Assembly: GCA_030704615.1 (NCBI GenBank)
Contig: CM060733.1
Coordinates: 55,986,001-56,050,000 of the forward strand
DNA: 64,000 bases
Direction of reading: 5' to 3'
From: Takakia lepidozioides
Taxonomy: Eukaryota > Plantae > Bryophyta
The notes beneath the pieces were generated by a model. That model was not told the origin of the DNA and did not search any database. It saw nothing but the letters and a program-made list of their open reading frames with translations. Both the position numbers and the translations under genes were made by a program. Each line of letters opens with the position of its first letter. The first letter of the stretch is position 1. This document shows, piece after piece, positions 27,052 through 39,705 of this stretch.

Positions 27052-27882
27052 CTAATAGCACAAGTGGTCCTTGCAACCAATGGTGGGTTTGGGGCGCATC
27101 AACACGGGGCATTTGTCGAGGGTTCGAGGTCCACGATAGTGGCCCTGATAAGTGGACGGGTTGCCAAAACGGTCAAGCATGGGACCCCATCGGGGCTCCT
27201 TGACATTGCGCGCAGCTTCGGGTTGGTCCCATTTGCGATAGAAGTCCAAGTAAGTGGTGTTGCCCACAAACTTGGATGTCGGGGTGCTAAACCGGACGCG
27301 ATCGTCAGGCGGCTTGAGGGGGACGAAGTGGTGCAGATGGTGGCGTTGGCAAAGCGTCTCATGGTGGGGTTCATGCTCCAATTTCCGCCAAGGCTGGATT
27401 GGCCGGGAGTTGTCCCAATAGAAGTGTTTGTAAGTTGTCCGGTCATCAAGGGCTTTGTCCGGGAAGTCCACAGGGGGTGGACGAAATGCGGCTCGTGGGT
27501 TCGCGGGCCAATTCAGGTAATGGTCGGAGTAGGCCGTTCGTCCAACGAATTGGAGGCCCCGATCTTTGCGCTCAGGTTCTTTTTTCGCTTTGCCGGGGTA
27601 TAGGGGTTTATCCTTGTACCTCCACCCATACTCCGATTCAGTGGGTTTGGAATATCGGAACCCGGTGGGATAGACCCCCACAAGGCTCAATCCGTCTTTT
27701 GCCTTGATATCTGCACAGGAGTTCTTCTTGAGGTATTGTTGATTGTACTCGGTATGGTCTTGAAATACTGCGTCAGTGGCTTGAATGTCATGTTTTTGGA
27801 ACAATGGGGTTGATGCTATGGGGTAGCATTTGTGTTTCCCGCACGTGCATACTTTGCACATACACACTCTTGATTCCTGCAT
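27052..27882 (-). CDS. SAXO: SAXO/FAM154 (STOP-domain) axonemal microtubule-stabilising protein, single exon
   Basis: N-terminal CMCKVCTCGKHKC (SAXO CxCxxCxCGxHxC motif). Repeated Mn-like modules FQDHTEYNQQY, PTESEYGWRY, FVGRTAYSDHY, LDDRTTYKHFY, FVGNTTYLDFY and FGNPSTYQGHY. Confidence 0.88.
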   Translation of the reverse strand: MQESRVCMCKVCTCGKHKCYPIASTPLFQKHDIQATDAVFQDHTEYNQQYLKKNSCADIKAKDGLSLVGVYPTGFRYSKPTESEYGWRYKDKPLYPGKAKKEPERKDRGLQFVGRTAYSDHYLNWPANPRAAFRPPPVDFPDKALDDRTTYKHFYWDNSRPIQPWRKLEHEPHHETLCQRHHLHHFVPLKPPDDRVRFSTPTSKFVGNTTYLDFYRKWDQPEAARNVKEPRWGPMLDRFGNPSTYQGHYRGPRTLDKCPVLMRPKPTIGCKDHLCY

Positions 27883-30800
27883 ATATGCATTGGTAGGAAT
27901 TAGCATAAAATTGCCTCTATCATGCTTTTAAAGGAGAAAAACAACAACAAAAATTAGTAGTGTTGCGACTCGAAACATTCTCTGGATGCATGTCAAATTG
28001 TATTTTTATGACGCATCTTGACTATTTCATGTGCACAATCAATCAATTAGGTGACTTTTCCAAATTTCCTTCAGGATTTGCCTCTTTCACATACATACAA
28101 AAGGATAAAAAGAAAAACTTTTTACTTTGAAAATGGAAGAATGGGATAATCATAAATACCCAAAATAATTAAATGTATAAACTATAAATAACTCATGGAA
28201 ATATTCCAGCTATTCTATTGTGCCATTACATTTCAAGGTTCTTTACCTATATAATTAAAATGAAGTTGTCTATAATATACCAATTTTATTAGTTAAACAG
28301 AAAATAAACTTAATATTTCTTGACATTCTATAGTTGATGGCCGTGGTGTAATATCAAAGAAAAACTGAATCTTGCAAATTTTAGTACAAATCTTACAATT
28401 GATTCTAGATTGCACGCCATAGCTGTGAATAAGTGTGTGTTGAAAATAGATGGGGCAATACTTTGTACTGACGGAGAATCATGTGGTTTCTAGAGCACAA
28501 TTAAATAAAATCTATCCATTGGAGGCCGAGTGTTGTTCACTCATATGTTTTACTACTATACTAAACCCAACTTGATTTTTACAACTGATTTATGTATCTG
28601 CTACAGGTTAGCTCATGGAAATTAGCCTATTTGCAGTCCAACTTGAAATTTATCCTAACAAGTCTTAGTGGTGAGAAGCAAGACATTATCATCTCTATTG
28701 CTTCATGCATTTGATCCTACACTTTGTTAGTAGATTCATGATATGAACATTAAAGAAATCAATAAATCTCACGTATAAGGACAGTGTCTCTTACTACGGA
28801 GTGAATCAACTCTCGCACCACTACAAAAATAAAAAATATATGTAAAGCTACTGTCATGTTTAGATTGGAAGAGGTAAAATGATATTGTGAAGAGTTAAAG
28901 AGTTAAATGGACTTTTCCTATATTTGTTTCAGATATAGATTAAAATAACAATAACTAATGTTTTTTAAAATTTCTCAACATAAGAGATTTCAACAAGTAA
29001 AGGATTATTGATTTATAATAATAAATATAAAATTCAATCGAATATTGAGTATTTTATATATTCAATATAACATAATATTGATATAGTTTATGATATTTTT
29101 TATTTCACAAAATTTAGTGAAATGGTTTGGTTATTTTTCCAAAAATCTAGAAGCCAAATATATATTCACCTTCAAATCTTAGATCAAACTTGGGACCTTG
29201 CAAATCTCAATATCAAATCTCAAAAATCTATGTAGTATAATCAACCCATATAACAACATGCTAACAAATAACATATGCACGCATATTGCTATATAACTTA
29301 TCAATATGATGATAGTGGAACCTATTTATCTTTCAGTACTATAACCTATTCAACTCATATCTTGTTGGTGAGATCGAGAGCACCAATGTTATTTTGTCAT
29401 TTTCAGATAAAATAAAGATGGCATGTTATTATATTAATTCAACTCACATTTATATAGAGAGTGTAAGAGTGTATAAGAGTGTAAGAGTTTTGAGTATTGA
29501 AAACAGCATTTGTAAATTTGGGCTAAAGCCCAAAGCCAAGGAAGTTTCAAAAACAAAAATCTAGCAACTGTAACCAAAAATACCGTAAAAGAAAAAGACA
29601 TTAGATTTGTAGTTTGAAAGACTTGTAGTAGGATACACAATATGCTCATGTTGTATGGCTCACAAGGGCTTTTTAACAAACTTAGTTTTGTGCATGAGGA
29701 CCTTAGCTTTTGTGTTTATTTATTTGATCCATAACCTCCTTTTTGTCACCTGAAAGCTCATGGAACCACTAAATAACGTGGAAATATTTGCCATATTAAT
29801 GTCTTTTCCGTCAACATGTAGCCATTATCATAGATATATAAAAATTTCCTCAACTGCGAATGTCCATTTGCTTGAATTTAATTTTTCTTCAACTTGATAT
29901 GCATGTTATATATTATGTGCAACTTATCTGATTTGAGAAAAGACAGTTGTCAACTGGAGGTTTGAGAGTGGGAATTGTAAGGAACTGACAATATTATTCT
30001 AATTTGTAGGTGTGTTTTGAAACAATATGTAAAGTCTTATTTTATCAATAATTTGATAGTTATACTACTCAGATTAAAAGTATATTTTATAGCTTTGGTG
30101 CTTTCTGTTATATATTTTCTTTTAAGAAAAAGCAGGGGATAGGGCTTTGAAATCCACATAGATTCAATATATAATAGATTTTAGAATAAATAATTGAAGA
30201 CATGTATCATCAATTATTATCCATTGTGCATATAAATATAATATTAGATCCAAAAACAAATCAATTACTACACCTCTATCTTCATAGCTAATCTGAGATC
30301 AAGATAGATATTTCAGGATAATTAATTGAATTGCTAACACATCAATCATTTGTTGTTGTTGTATTTAAAATATTGGATCCAATTTCATATGTTCTAAAAA
30401 GTCGAATTTCTGTTCAGGGTCGAATTAATAACTTATATTTTTTGTCACTATTATGTTAGTGTACTCAATCAAATTTGGCACCTCTAACGACAATGTCTTA
30501 CTATGCAATATTGTTCTAATTATTTAAATCTAAAGGTTATCAATATCCATTGTTTAATGTTGGATAATAGTAACAAATTATGTCATTACCACGATTCATA
30601 AGTGCACAGCTTTGTAGAGAGTTTCAATTACTTTGACTTCCCAAAGTTTCATTTGTCACCGCAAACGTTTTATGTAATAAATTGTTGATCCACATGTTTT
30701 TGTCAACGTTCAATATTGACCATTAAAACCAAAGTTGCAGTATAAAACTTACTCAAGCGCCACAAGCTACGATATATAGTTCTCTAAGACGCATGTTAGG

Positions 30801-31104
30801 CTAGTGACAACTACTGCTAGCTAGAAATTGTCGGTCAGAACATTGTCTTGCTCTAGACATTTTAGCACTCACTATTGCTATATACTCTAAAATAATCCTT
30901 TGAACATAGTTTAGGGCAAATTTAGGCCCCCGCCCCGCCTTAAGTACCGCTAAATCTAATCTGGCGTGCGATTTTCGGGCAGCTGCCCACATCATTTTCG
31001 CCATCTCTTTCTCTCTTTGTTTTTTGTTGTTTGGTAGAATGGTTGATTGACTAGTTGATCCTTCAATACATAAATTTCATCTTGATCTGTTGTCATTCTT
31101 TGCA

Positions 31105-31297
31105 GTGTGGATCTTTTTCCCTTTCTCCAAGGCTGTCAGGCTGGCATAGGCATTGAGAAACGCAAATAAACCAGACTTGGGCAAGCATTACCCCTGGGCC
31201 CTCTATGTATCATTTGCTAATGGGTCTCCAATGCATGTCCACCACACCCCTGCTTGGGCACATATCCTCTTGTGTCAAGCTGACTGCAATGACATCC
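31105..31297 (-). pseudogene. PLS-class pentatricopeptide-repeat gene fragment
   Basis: GYVPKQGCGGHALETH*QMIHRG, then in another frame FLNAYASLTALEKGKKIH; matches the P-L motif pair GY..QG.G..AL....QM..EG / L.ACASL.ALE.GK.IH. Confidence 0.65.
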
Positions 31298-31799
31298 TAA
31301 ACATCAAAAATTGATTTGTTATACGCTTAATTGTCGAAATCTTACATTAAATAAGAAGAGGACTAGAGGCCATTTTATGATTGAAATTCACGACAAGATG
31401 GATTCCTAGAGGTGTCGAACTGGTTTAATGGAACCTTTATCTATTGTCACTGGCTGTCAATGGCCTCGCAGGGGAGCGTGAGAGAGGCTCTGCTCTTCCG
31501 CGATGTTCTCTACTAATGTCACCGCTAAACTGATACCACTAGGGTTTCACTGTCTTAGTGTCAAATGATTTGTTTTTCCGTTCTTTTTTAAGGGGTTCCG
31601 CTCATCTGACCTTCTCTTTCGACTTAGTGCGGCCATCACCATGACTCTCGCACACACTGAAGCTCACCACATTACTACGTAGCAGTATCTCTACTTCACT
31701 TTCTACTACCAGCATATTCGGCCTCTGCTCTCTTAGATGGCACTTCAACAGAGGTTTTTTTAAAATGTGTTTCATGCCAATCAACATGTTTTTGCTCAT

Positions 31800-32669
31800 G
31801 ATAGTTGATATCACTACGCTACTCACAACGTGGTTGTCGGGAGCATTTCCTTCATCCCTGATCTTAAGCAAGTTGTGGAGCAAAGAGCACATGTGTATAT
31901 ATGGTCTGCTTCTTGCTGAAGAAGCCGTCAAGATAATTTTGGAATTTTTGCGACTCTGTAGACCCTCGGATGACACCCTCCGTCCTCCTGCTCACGAATA
32001 TCATAGAAAATATTGATAACCTTACTAGGGTAGACTGAAGGATGCAGTTGAATGGAGAGATCTCGATACACCTCCATCTCTATCCATCCTTAAACATATA
32101 TGAAGATCCTATTGGCTTTAGTTGAGAGGACTCTTCCTGTTTGTCTTCCTGGGCTGGAGACTTTGCAGAAGAGAAATAGAGTTCAATGAGAGAGGTGCCA
32201 AGTTGAAGGTCAACGAACTGTAGGAAATTTCCCTGGCTTCTTTGTACCCACCCTTGTCCATCTGTCTCCCCTGTGGGCTCCCCATGGCGAGGTTACTATG
32301 AAAGAGGTTATTTTCTCCTCTCACCACAATTAAGGGGCATGATTTGTGAGCCGTCTCTCCCGGGTATTTCCCTTAATTTTTCGAAAAAACCAAATCCAGT
32401 TCAATGGTGGAATAACTATATCCTTGCCACGGCTATATGATGCTTCTTTCTATGGGCTGTTTTGTATGGGTGTACATGAGGGTATAAAAGATGAAAAATT
32501 GAATTGTGACAGGAGCCTCCAATGGAGGTGCAATGTTTCCCAAGTTTTTTTAAGAAACCACATGTAGATGTGTGGGTGCTATGCCAATGCCCCACAATAT
32601 AAAAACATTTGAACAATCTACGAAATTGTTTGGAAAAATCTTGGCCATGAGTGCAATAGGCTACTGTAT
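31800..32669 (-). mobile_element. PIF/Harbinger DDE transposase relic (host of the LTR insertion)
   Basis: Collinear degenerate motifs: SIGGSCH...P...YKTAHRKKHH (GAIDGTH...P...Y.NRK..H), DKGGY (GD.GY), EGVIRG...KFQ and IHMCSLLHNLLKIRDE (I..C..LHN). Confidence 0.55.
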
Positions 32670-32674
32670 CGGGA

Positions 32675-33397
32675 TGTCGCGGCCCTTTGCCTTGAGGGCA
32701 GGGGGTCGGGACACATGAGGGGCTGCCCCTGTGGTGGGGGCAGCGGCAGCGATAGGTATGGGGGGCTGAAGCACCCTTGAGTGCCAAGGCACTCAAGGAG
32801 GCGGAGGCGCTCACTAGGTGGAGCCCCGCACACCGGGTTGCGGTGGGGGTGGCTCCACAAGGGGTGGTGGTAGCTTAGCGGGACTTAGTGGGGGTGGCAT
32901 AGGACTCACCATGGGGGCGGAGACCTCGTGGTGGGAGTCGTGGGGAGTCTTGGGACTAATCACGGTCCATAGGGGCCGTGGTGAGCGGGCCAAGACTCAC
33001 CGCGACTCATCACCGGGAGTCGAGGGTTTTCGTGGTGGTTCGCCATAAAATGGCATGGCTGGTTGTGGAACCCCGCGGACAGCTACAGAAGTATATATAG
33101 GGAGTAGTAACCCCGAGAACGGTGCAAGCCCGTTGGTGACCAAAAACTAGTGAGTAAGCGAGCGAGCCGGAAAGCGATCAAAGAGTGGGGAGCTGTTCCG
33201 GACTGCCATCTACCAAAGGGAATTCTCCTAGTCCCATTAGGTGGAGGGTTAGAGGGAAGCGAAGGGGGGACCGTTATGTCCCGGTGAGCAGCCGAAGCTC
33301 CAAGTTGGCCCGGGCGGCCAGGTTGGGAGTCAAGCGCGCGCATCAAAGTGAGTAACTATGACTTGAAGGGGAGCTTACCGAAGTGAGGTGCGCGACA
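32675..33397 (+). repeat. 5' LTR (723 bp)
   Basis: TGTCGCG...CGCGACA termini; near-identical to 38918-39640. Confidence 0.96.
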
Positions 33398-33399
33398 CT

Positions 33400-33411
33400 T
33401 GGTATCAGAGC
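33400..33411 (+). other. Primer binding site complementary to initiator tRNA-Met
   Basis: TGGTATCAGAGC 2 nt after the 5' LTR. Confidence 0.93.
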
Positions 33412-33450
33412 TTAGAGTTCAGTACGCGATCGTCCTTGCGATTGGTCTCA

Positions 33451-36400
33451 TCATGGGGTCGGGCAAGCCGAAGCGAAAGCGGAACGGCCCAAAAGATGAT
33501 GATCCCGGTGAGCCCGATGGGAGCGGCGTGTCACCGAGGCGGCGTTTGAGGAAGCGATGCAGGTTTCCGAAAACGAGGCCGCCCAAGAGCGGAGGAATCC
33601 GAGGAATCGGAGCCCGAGGAATCCTTGAGAGCTCCGACAAACCAAGAGATGCCTCCCATGCCGGCAGCCTTTTGGGAAGGGTTGTTGGCGCAGTTTGGCG
33701 GGACGTTGAAAGACGTGTTGAAGGCGGCTAATGCCACTTCCACTAAGGCAAAGTTTAAGGTGAAGCCTAAGGAACTCGGCACCTTCGAGGGCGTCCGAAA
33801 TCGGAAGGCACTCAACACCTGGCTCTTGGAGCTGGAGCAGTACTTCCGGGCGGCCAAGTTGAGTGACGAGGATCGCGTGGAAGTGGCTCCCACCTATTTG
33901 AGGGGCTATGCTCAACAATGGTGGCAGAAACGCCTTCACGACCGAGGTCCAAGTCCGGAAACCTTGAACTGGAGTGGGTTCAAGGAATTGATGAAGATAC
34001 AGTTTGTGCCCCTCAACGCGTCCTGGCTCGCCCGGGACAAGATGAGGAATTTGAAGCAAACAGATGACATTCGGGGATATGTCCAGGCTTTCAATGTACT
34101 GTTGCTCGAAGTCGCGGACATGGCAGAACCAGAAATGGTCTTCAACTTTGTGGCGGGACTGGCCCCATGGGCCAGGCGGAAGTTGGAGGAGAAGCCACCC
34201 AAGACTTTGAACGAGGCTATTGAGAGGGCTGAATGTTTCTCAGATGTCCCTAGGGGTGAAAGACAAGGCCGTACGGAGCTGAACCACAAGAAGATTCGGC
34301 GGGAAGGTGACTCCTTCCGACCGAAAAGAAGTGGGATAGGCCACGCGGCGAAAATGGCACGTGGAAATCGAAGGGAGGGCCTTCACACGTCAAAGGCGGC
34401 ACCCGGTGCTTCGAAAGGAAAAGCGGGTGGAGCGGCTTATGGCGGACAGAAGGCGACTTTGATGGAGTGTGTTTCAATTGCGGGGAGCCCGGGCATATGG
34501 CCAAGAAGTGCACGAAGCCCCGGCAATTGAACATGACTCGGGCGACCACGGAGCTGTCGGAAGATACCATCAGTCGCTTGGTGGAAGCGGTGGTCGCCAA
34601 GACTTGCAAGGTAGCAAATTTTCTTGTGAGTTGTATCAGGAAACTGGCGCCTTACGAAAAGGGAGTCAGTTATTGTTCGTGGATGGGATAATATCCGGAA
34701 CTAATGTGTCGTTGTTGGTGGACACAGGAGCGTCGCACTCCTTCATGACACCGGCAACGGCACAAAAGCTGGGACTCCCGACAAGTGACGTGGGGGCCTC
34801 TATTGAGGTGCGTTCTGCCAAAGGCGAACCACAGTTGGCGACAAGGTTGGCGATTGATGTTCCTCTTCAACTGGGGAGTGGGAGGGATGTGAGAACTTCA
34901 CCATCTGCGAGATCGATGGAGTGGATCTCATTTTGGGGATGACCTTTTTGAGCAAATCCGGAGCGGTCATAGATGGCCGCAAGAGAGTAGTCACGTTGCC
35001 ATGTGGGAATGGTGGCGAGGTTTTACGAGTGTCAGAAACGCCCAAATCCGTGGGAGGGCGAATAAACCTTCTGTCAGCAAAAGAGTGGGCCGTGGATGAG
35101 GCACACGAACCCCAGTTCTTGCTTTACATTAGAGAAGTGAAGGGAGAAGGCGATGGGGAGCCGAGCCCAGATTGGATCAAGGGGATTTTGGGGAAATACC
35201 AGGATGTGATGCCGGAGGATTTACCAAGCGGCTTGCCACCGCGAAGAGGAGTTGACCACAAGATTGAGGTGATACCGGGAATGGAACCGCCTGCCAAGGC
35301 ACCCTACCGGTTGAGCCACAGGGAGTTGGTCGAGCTGAAGACTTAGCTCAAGGATCTAATGTCAAAGCGGTACATCCGGCCGAGTAAGTACCTTACGGAG
35401 CCCCGGTGCTATTCGCAGACAAGAAGGATGGGACGCTGCGGATGTGTGTCGATTACAGGGCTCTGAATAAGGTGACTATCAAAAACTAAAAACCGGTACC
35501 CTTTGCCAAGGATCGACGACCTCTTGATCGGTTGGCAGGAGCGAAGTATTTCAGCCGGATCGACTTGCGCTCCGGCTATCATCAAATTCGGGTGGCGGAA
35601 GGAGATGAGGAGAAGACCGCGTGCAGGACAAGGTATGGTTCATATGAGTTCTTGGTGATGCTTTTGGGTCACCAATGCACCAGCGACATTTAGCACGCTG
35701 ATGAACAGCCTTTTCCAGGAGTGGTTGGATGACTTTGTGATCGTGTACATCGACGACATCTTGGTGTACTCGAAAACAAAGGAGGAGCACCTGGAGCACC
35801 TCAAAAGGGTGTTCCAAAAATTGCGGGAAGGGAAGCCGTATGCCAAAGCTTCAAAGTGCGAATTCGGGGTCACAAAAGTGGAGTTCCTGGGGCATGTGAT
35901 TACACAGGATGGGATCAAAATGGATGACAGAAAGGTGAGGGCAATCTTGGACTGGGAGCCTCCAACTTCGGTCCCGGGAGTGCGATCCTTCCATAGGACT
36001 CGCCTCTATTACCGGAAGTATGTGAGAAATTTCGCCAAGATCGCGGGCCGCTGTCGGACCTTCTGTGTAAATCCAAAGTCTGGGTATGGAACACCTTTTT
36101 TGGCCAAGTTTTTGCTGAATTGAAGCAGTGGATGGCGGAAGCTCCAGTCTTGAAAATCCCGGAGTTCGATCGTCCATTTGAGATTCATACAGATGCGTCG
36201 GACTTCGCGATTGGGGGTGTACTTATGCAAGATGGACGTCCAGTGGCTTACGAAAGTAAGAAACTGAATGAAGTGGAGCACGGTGGCCGACGCACGAAAA
36301 AGAGATGAAGGCGGTGGTGCATTGCCTTGAGCTTTGGCGCCACTATGTTGGTTCCAACCCAGTGAAGGTGTTCACGGACAATGTCACAGTGAAGTATTTT

Positions 36401-38010
36401 GCCACGCAGCCCAAGTTGTCCCCAAAACAACTTAGGTGGCAAGATACTTTGGCGGTGTTCGACGTGGATATCCTATACAAAACGGGACGGGACAATGTGG
36501 TGGCCGATGCTTTAAGTAGAAAGCAGCAGCTCTTGTTGGTGTACAAGGGCGAGACGGCGCTCCAAAGGAAGATCCGGAAGGCTTGCTGGAAGGATGAGCT
36601 GGCAAAGTCTGTGATGCAGGACTTGAGAATGGGGGTTAAATCGCAGTTCCACTTGCAAAATGGGTGCTCCGGTATAAGCAAAAGCGTCTCTACGTGCCGA
36701 AGGAGGGATCAGAGATAGCATCTTGAGAGAATGCCATGATAGCCCGCTTGCGGGCCACGGCGGAGCCAAGCGCACTGCGGCACTCCTGAAGAAAGAGTAT
36801 TTCTGGCCCAAACTGAGGGAGGAGGCAGAGGAGTATGTCAAGATATGCACCACATGCCAACAAAACCGGAGCGAGTACAAAAAGCAAGCGGGCGGGCTAT
36901 TACAACCCTTGCCGATTCCAGAGGGACTTGGGAAAGCGTCTCGATGGATTTCATGACTGCTATGCCGCTGTCAAAAGGATTCGATGCAATCATGGTGGTG
37001 GTGGATAGGTTCAGTAAAATGGGCCATTTCATCCCCACCAAGGAGACGGCAACGGCGCAGGAGACAGGGCGACTTACTTTGCCCACGTCTTAAAGCATCA
37101 TGGAGTCTCGAAGGATATTGTCTCGGATCGCGATCCAAAGTTTACGAGTAAATTTTGGAGGACACTTTGGAAGAAGATGGGGACGAGGCTGAAGATGAGC
37201 ACCGCCTTCCGACCTAGACGGACGGCCAAACGGAAGAGTGAATTCCGTAGTGAAGCAATTCTTGCGGAATTACGTGTCGGCAGACCAATCAGACTGGATG
37301 GAACACTTAGACGCGGCAAAGTTCTGTTATAATAACACAGAACACTCCGCAACGGGAGTTTCCCCTTTCGTATTGGTCTATGGAAAAGCACCTCCGGTGC
37401 CGACAAGTTGGGCCGCCCAGGACGTTGAGGAACCGGCAGTAGCGGCGGTACTTGGAAGAACGCGAGCGTTTGTTGAAGCTCGCAAAGTACACCAATTGCC
37501 AAAGCTAGGAAACGGTATGAAAGGCAGGCGAATCGGAAGCGGAGGGAAGTGAAGTTTGAGGCAGGCACAAAGGTCTGGTTGAACATCAAGAATTTCCGAC
37601 TACCTCCGGAAGTGAGTCCGAATTCGTACCTCCGTATGCGGGACCTTTCGTATTCGGAAGGTTATGAATGAGGATGTGTATGAATTGGAGCTGCGGCAAA
37701 CAGCAAGGTGCACCCAGTATTCCATGTCTCCTTTTTGAAACTTATTTCAAAGATGAAGCGCGTCCGAATCGGCATCAAGTGTTGCGTCCGCCACCTATGC
37801 TGTTGGATCATGAAAATGAACCTGAGTACGAGGTGGAGGCAATTAAGTCGAGGAGGTTCAGGAACCGAGAGAAACGGAGTATCTCGTCAAATGGAAGGGC
37901 TATCATCATGTGGAGGCATCTTGGGTTGTGTGCCTCAGAAATGGGAAACGCATCGAGGCGGTCGCAGCTTTCGAAGGGCGACCTCAAAAGCGAAAGCGAG
38001 AAGAGCGTTG
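33451..38010 (+). pseudogene. gag-pol of the chromovirus, broken by many frameshifts in this assembly (start approximate)
   Basis: ORF pieces at 33625, 34469, 34921, 35701, 36120, 36305, 36723, 36845, 37238 and 37668 carry successive gag, PR, RT, RH, INT and chromo motifs in changing frames. Confidence 0.9.
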
Positions 38011-38917
38011 ATGAGGACATCAACCTTGGAGCGTGGGGGAGGAAATGCATGCTTAGCCGGTTTAGCTAGCTCAGGAATCCGATTGCAAAAATTGTATTGT
38101 ACAAAAATTTGTTATAAAGGAAATGGGTTCCAAATATTGTGCGTTCCTATTGTGTTTGGAATGGTGATTCATGGTGTGGTTGGCTAGTGTGTAGAATGCA
38201 TGCTAGCTTATACAAAGTGGGAGAGGTAAATTGGGTTGATCGTGTGGGGTTTGTGTAGTGCCGAAATCGGGTGACCCCCATCCGAGGGGGCAAGGAAACT
38301 TGCGCCTTCTTTGGGAGTTCACGTGCTAGTGCGCACTTGGCGCGTGCGCGTACTGTAACTGCGCTACCGAGGGGGTTGCCTTGTAGTGCGGGCTAACGCG
38401 GAAGCCACGTGCTTCCGTTCACGTACTATAATCGTGTAGCCTCGGAACGAAGTCGGTAATGCGGCTTCGGCGTGTTCCCGTACATCAGGCCAGCATTCCA
38501 AGGCGGACCCAATTGTAGTGATTGGGGCGCACGGTTGGTTCAAGGTTATCTTCCTAGTCAAAGAGGGTTCCAGTGAACCCTTGTCAAGGTGATGCCAAAG
38601 CGGCATCATGAGCAATCGCAAGCAATGTTGTTGCAGTAAGGCGATTCGATCCTCGGGGAGGATCGTTCCTTGGCCTTGAAGTAGGCCAAGAAGGTGCACT
38701 GGGAGGAGCTGGAGAGGCTCCACCCTTGGCCGGGATGGAGGAAGTCGGCCGAAACTAGCAGTGGAGAGTAGAGTCAAGGGTGGGGTTTGGTTCTTGCCAT
38801 GGGACGCCATGGTACAGAAAGAAAACAAACTCCTGATGTGGGACGCCACAACTTGGATGTTGTTTCTACAAAATGGACAAGTCGATGAGGACATCAACTC
38901 CTGGTGGTAGGGGTGTG

Positions 38918-39640
38918 TGTCGCGGACCTTTGCCTTGCGGGCAGGGGGTCGGGACACATGAGGGGATGCCTGTGGTGGGGGCAGGCAGCGATAGGTATGG
39001 GGGGGCTGAAGCACCCTTGAGTGCCCAAGGCACTCAAGGAGGCGGAGGCGCTCACTAGGTGGAGCCCCGCACACCGGGTTGCGGTGGGGGTGGCTCCACA
39101 AGGGGTGGTGGTAGCTTAGCGGGACTTAGTGGGGGTGGCATAGGACTCACCATGGGGCGGAGACCTCGTGGTGGGAGTCGTGGGGAGTCTTGGGACTCAT
39201 CACGGTCCATAGGGGCCGTGGTGAGCGGGCCAAGACTCACCGCGACTCATCACCGGGAGTCGAGGGTTTTCGTGGTGGTTCGCCATAAAATGGCATGGCT
39301 GGTTGTGGAACCCCCGCGGACAGCTACAGAAGTATATATAGGGAGTAGTAACCCCGAGAACGGTGCAAGCCCGTTGGTGACCAAAAACTAGTGAGTAAGC
39401 GAGCGAGCCGGAAAGCGACCAAAGAGTGGGGAGCTGTTCCGGACTGCCATCTACCAAAGGGAATTCTCCTAGTCCCAATTAGGTGGAGGGTTTAGAGGGA
39501 AGCGAAGGGGGGACCGTTATGTCCCTGTGAGCAGCCGAAGCTCCAAGTTGGCCCGGGCAGCCAGGTTGGGAGTCAGGCGCGCGCATCAAAGCGAGTAACT
39601 ATGACTTGAAGGGGAGCTTACCGAAGTGAGGTGCGCGACA
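38918..39640 (+). repeat. 3' LTR (723 bp)
   Basis: Direct repeat of 32675-33397, preceded by purine-rich GGTGGTAGGGG. Confidence 0.96.
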
Positions 39641-39705
39641 CGGGACCACAACTGGACTTCAGGCAAGATTTTCCAACAAAATATTCTGTATTTGGGGGGC
39701 CATGA

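Larger units (their letters stand above)
32675..39640 (+). mobile_element. Full-length Ty3/gypsy chromovirus LTR retrotransposon (Galadriel-like)
   Basis: TG...CA LTRs; 5-bp TSD CGGGA (32670-32674 and 39641-39645). Domain order: gag, Zn knuckle CFNCGEPGHMAKKC, protease LVDTGASHSF, RT YIDDIL, RNaseH TDASD, integrase CHDSPLAGHGG...CTTCQ, chromodomain EYEVEAI. Confidence 0.97.

Noticed and set aside
27040-27603. 187-aa ORF antisense to SAXO
   Set aside because: Shadow of a GC-rich coding strand; no motifs.
31524-31538. TGATACCA, reverse PBS-like
   Set aside because: Only a partial tRNA-Met match, with no adjacent LTR or gag.
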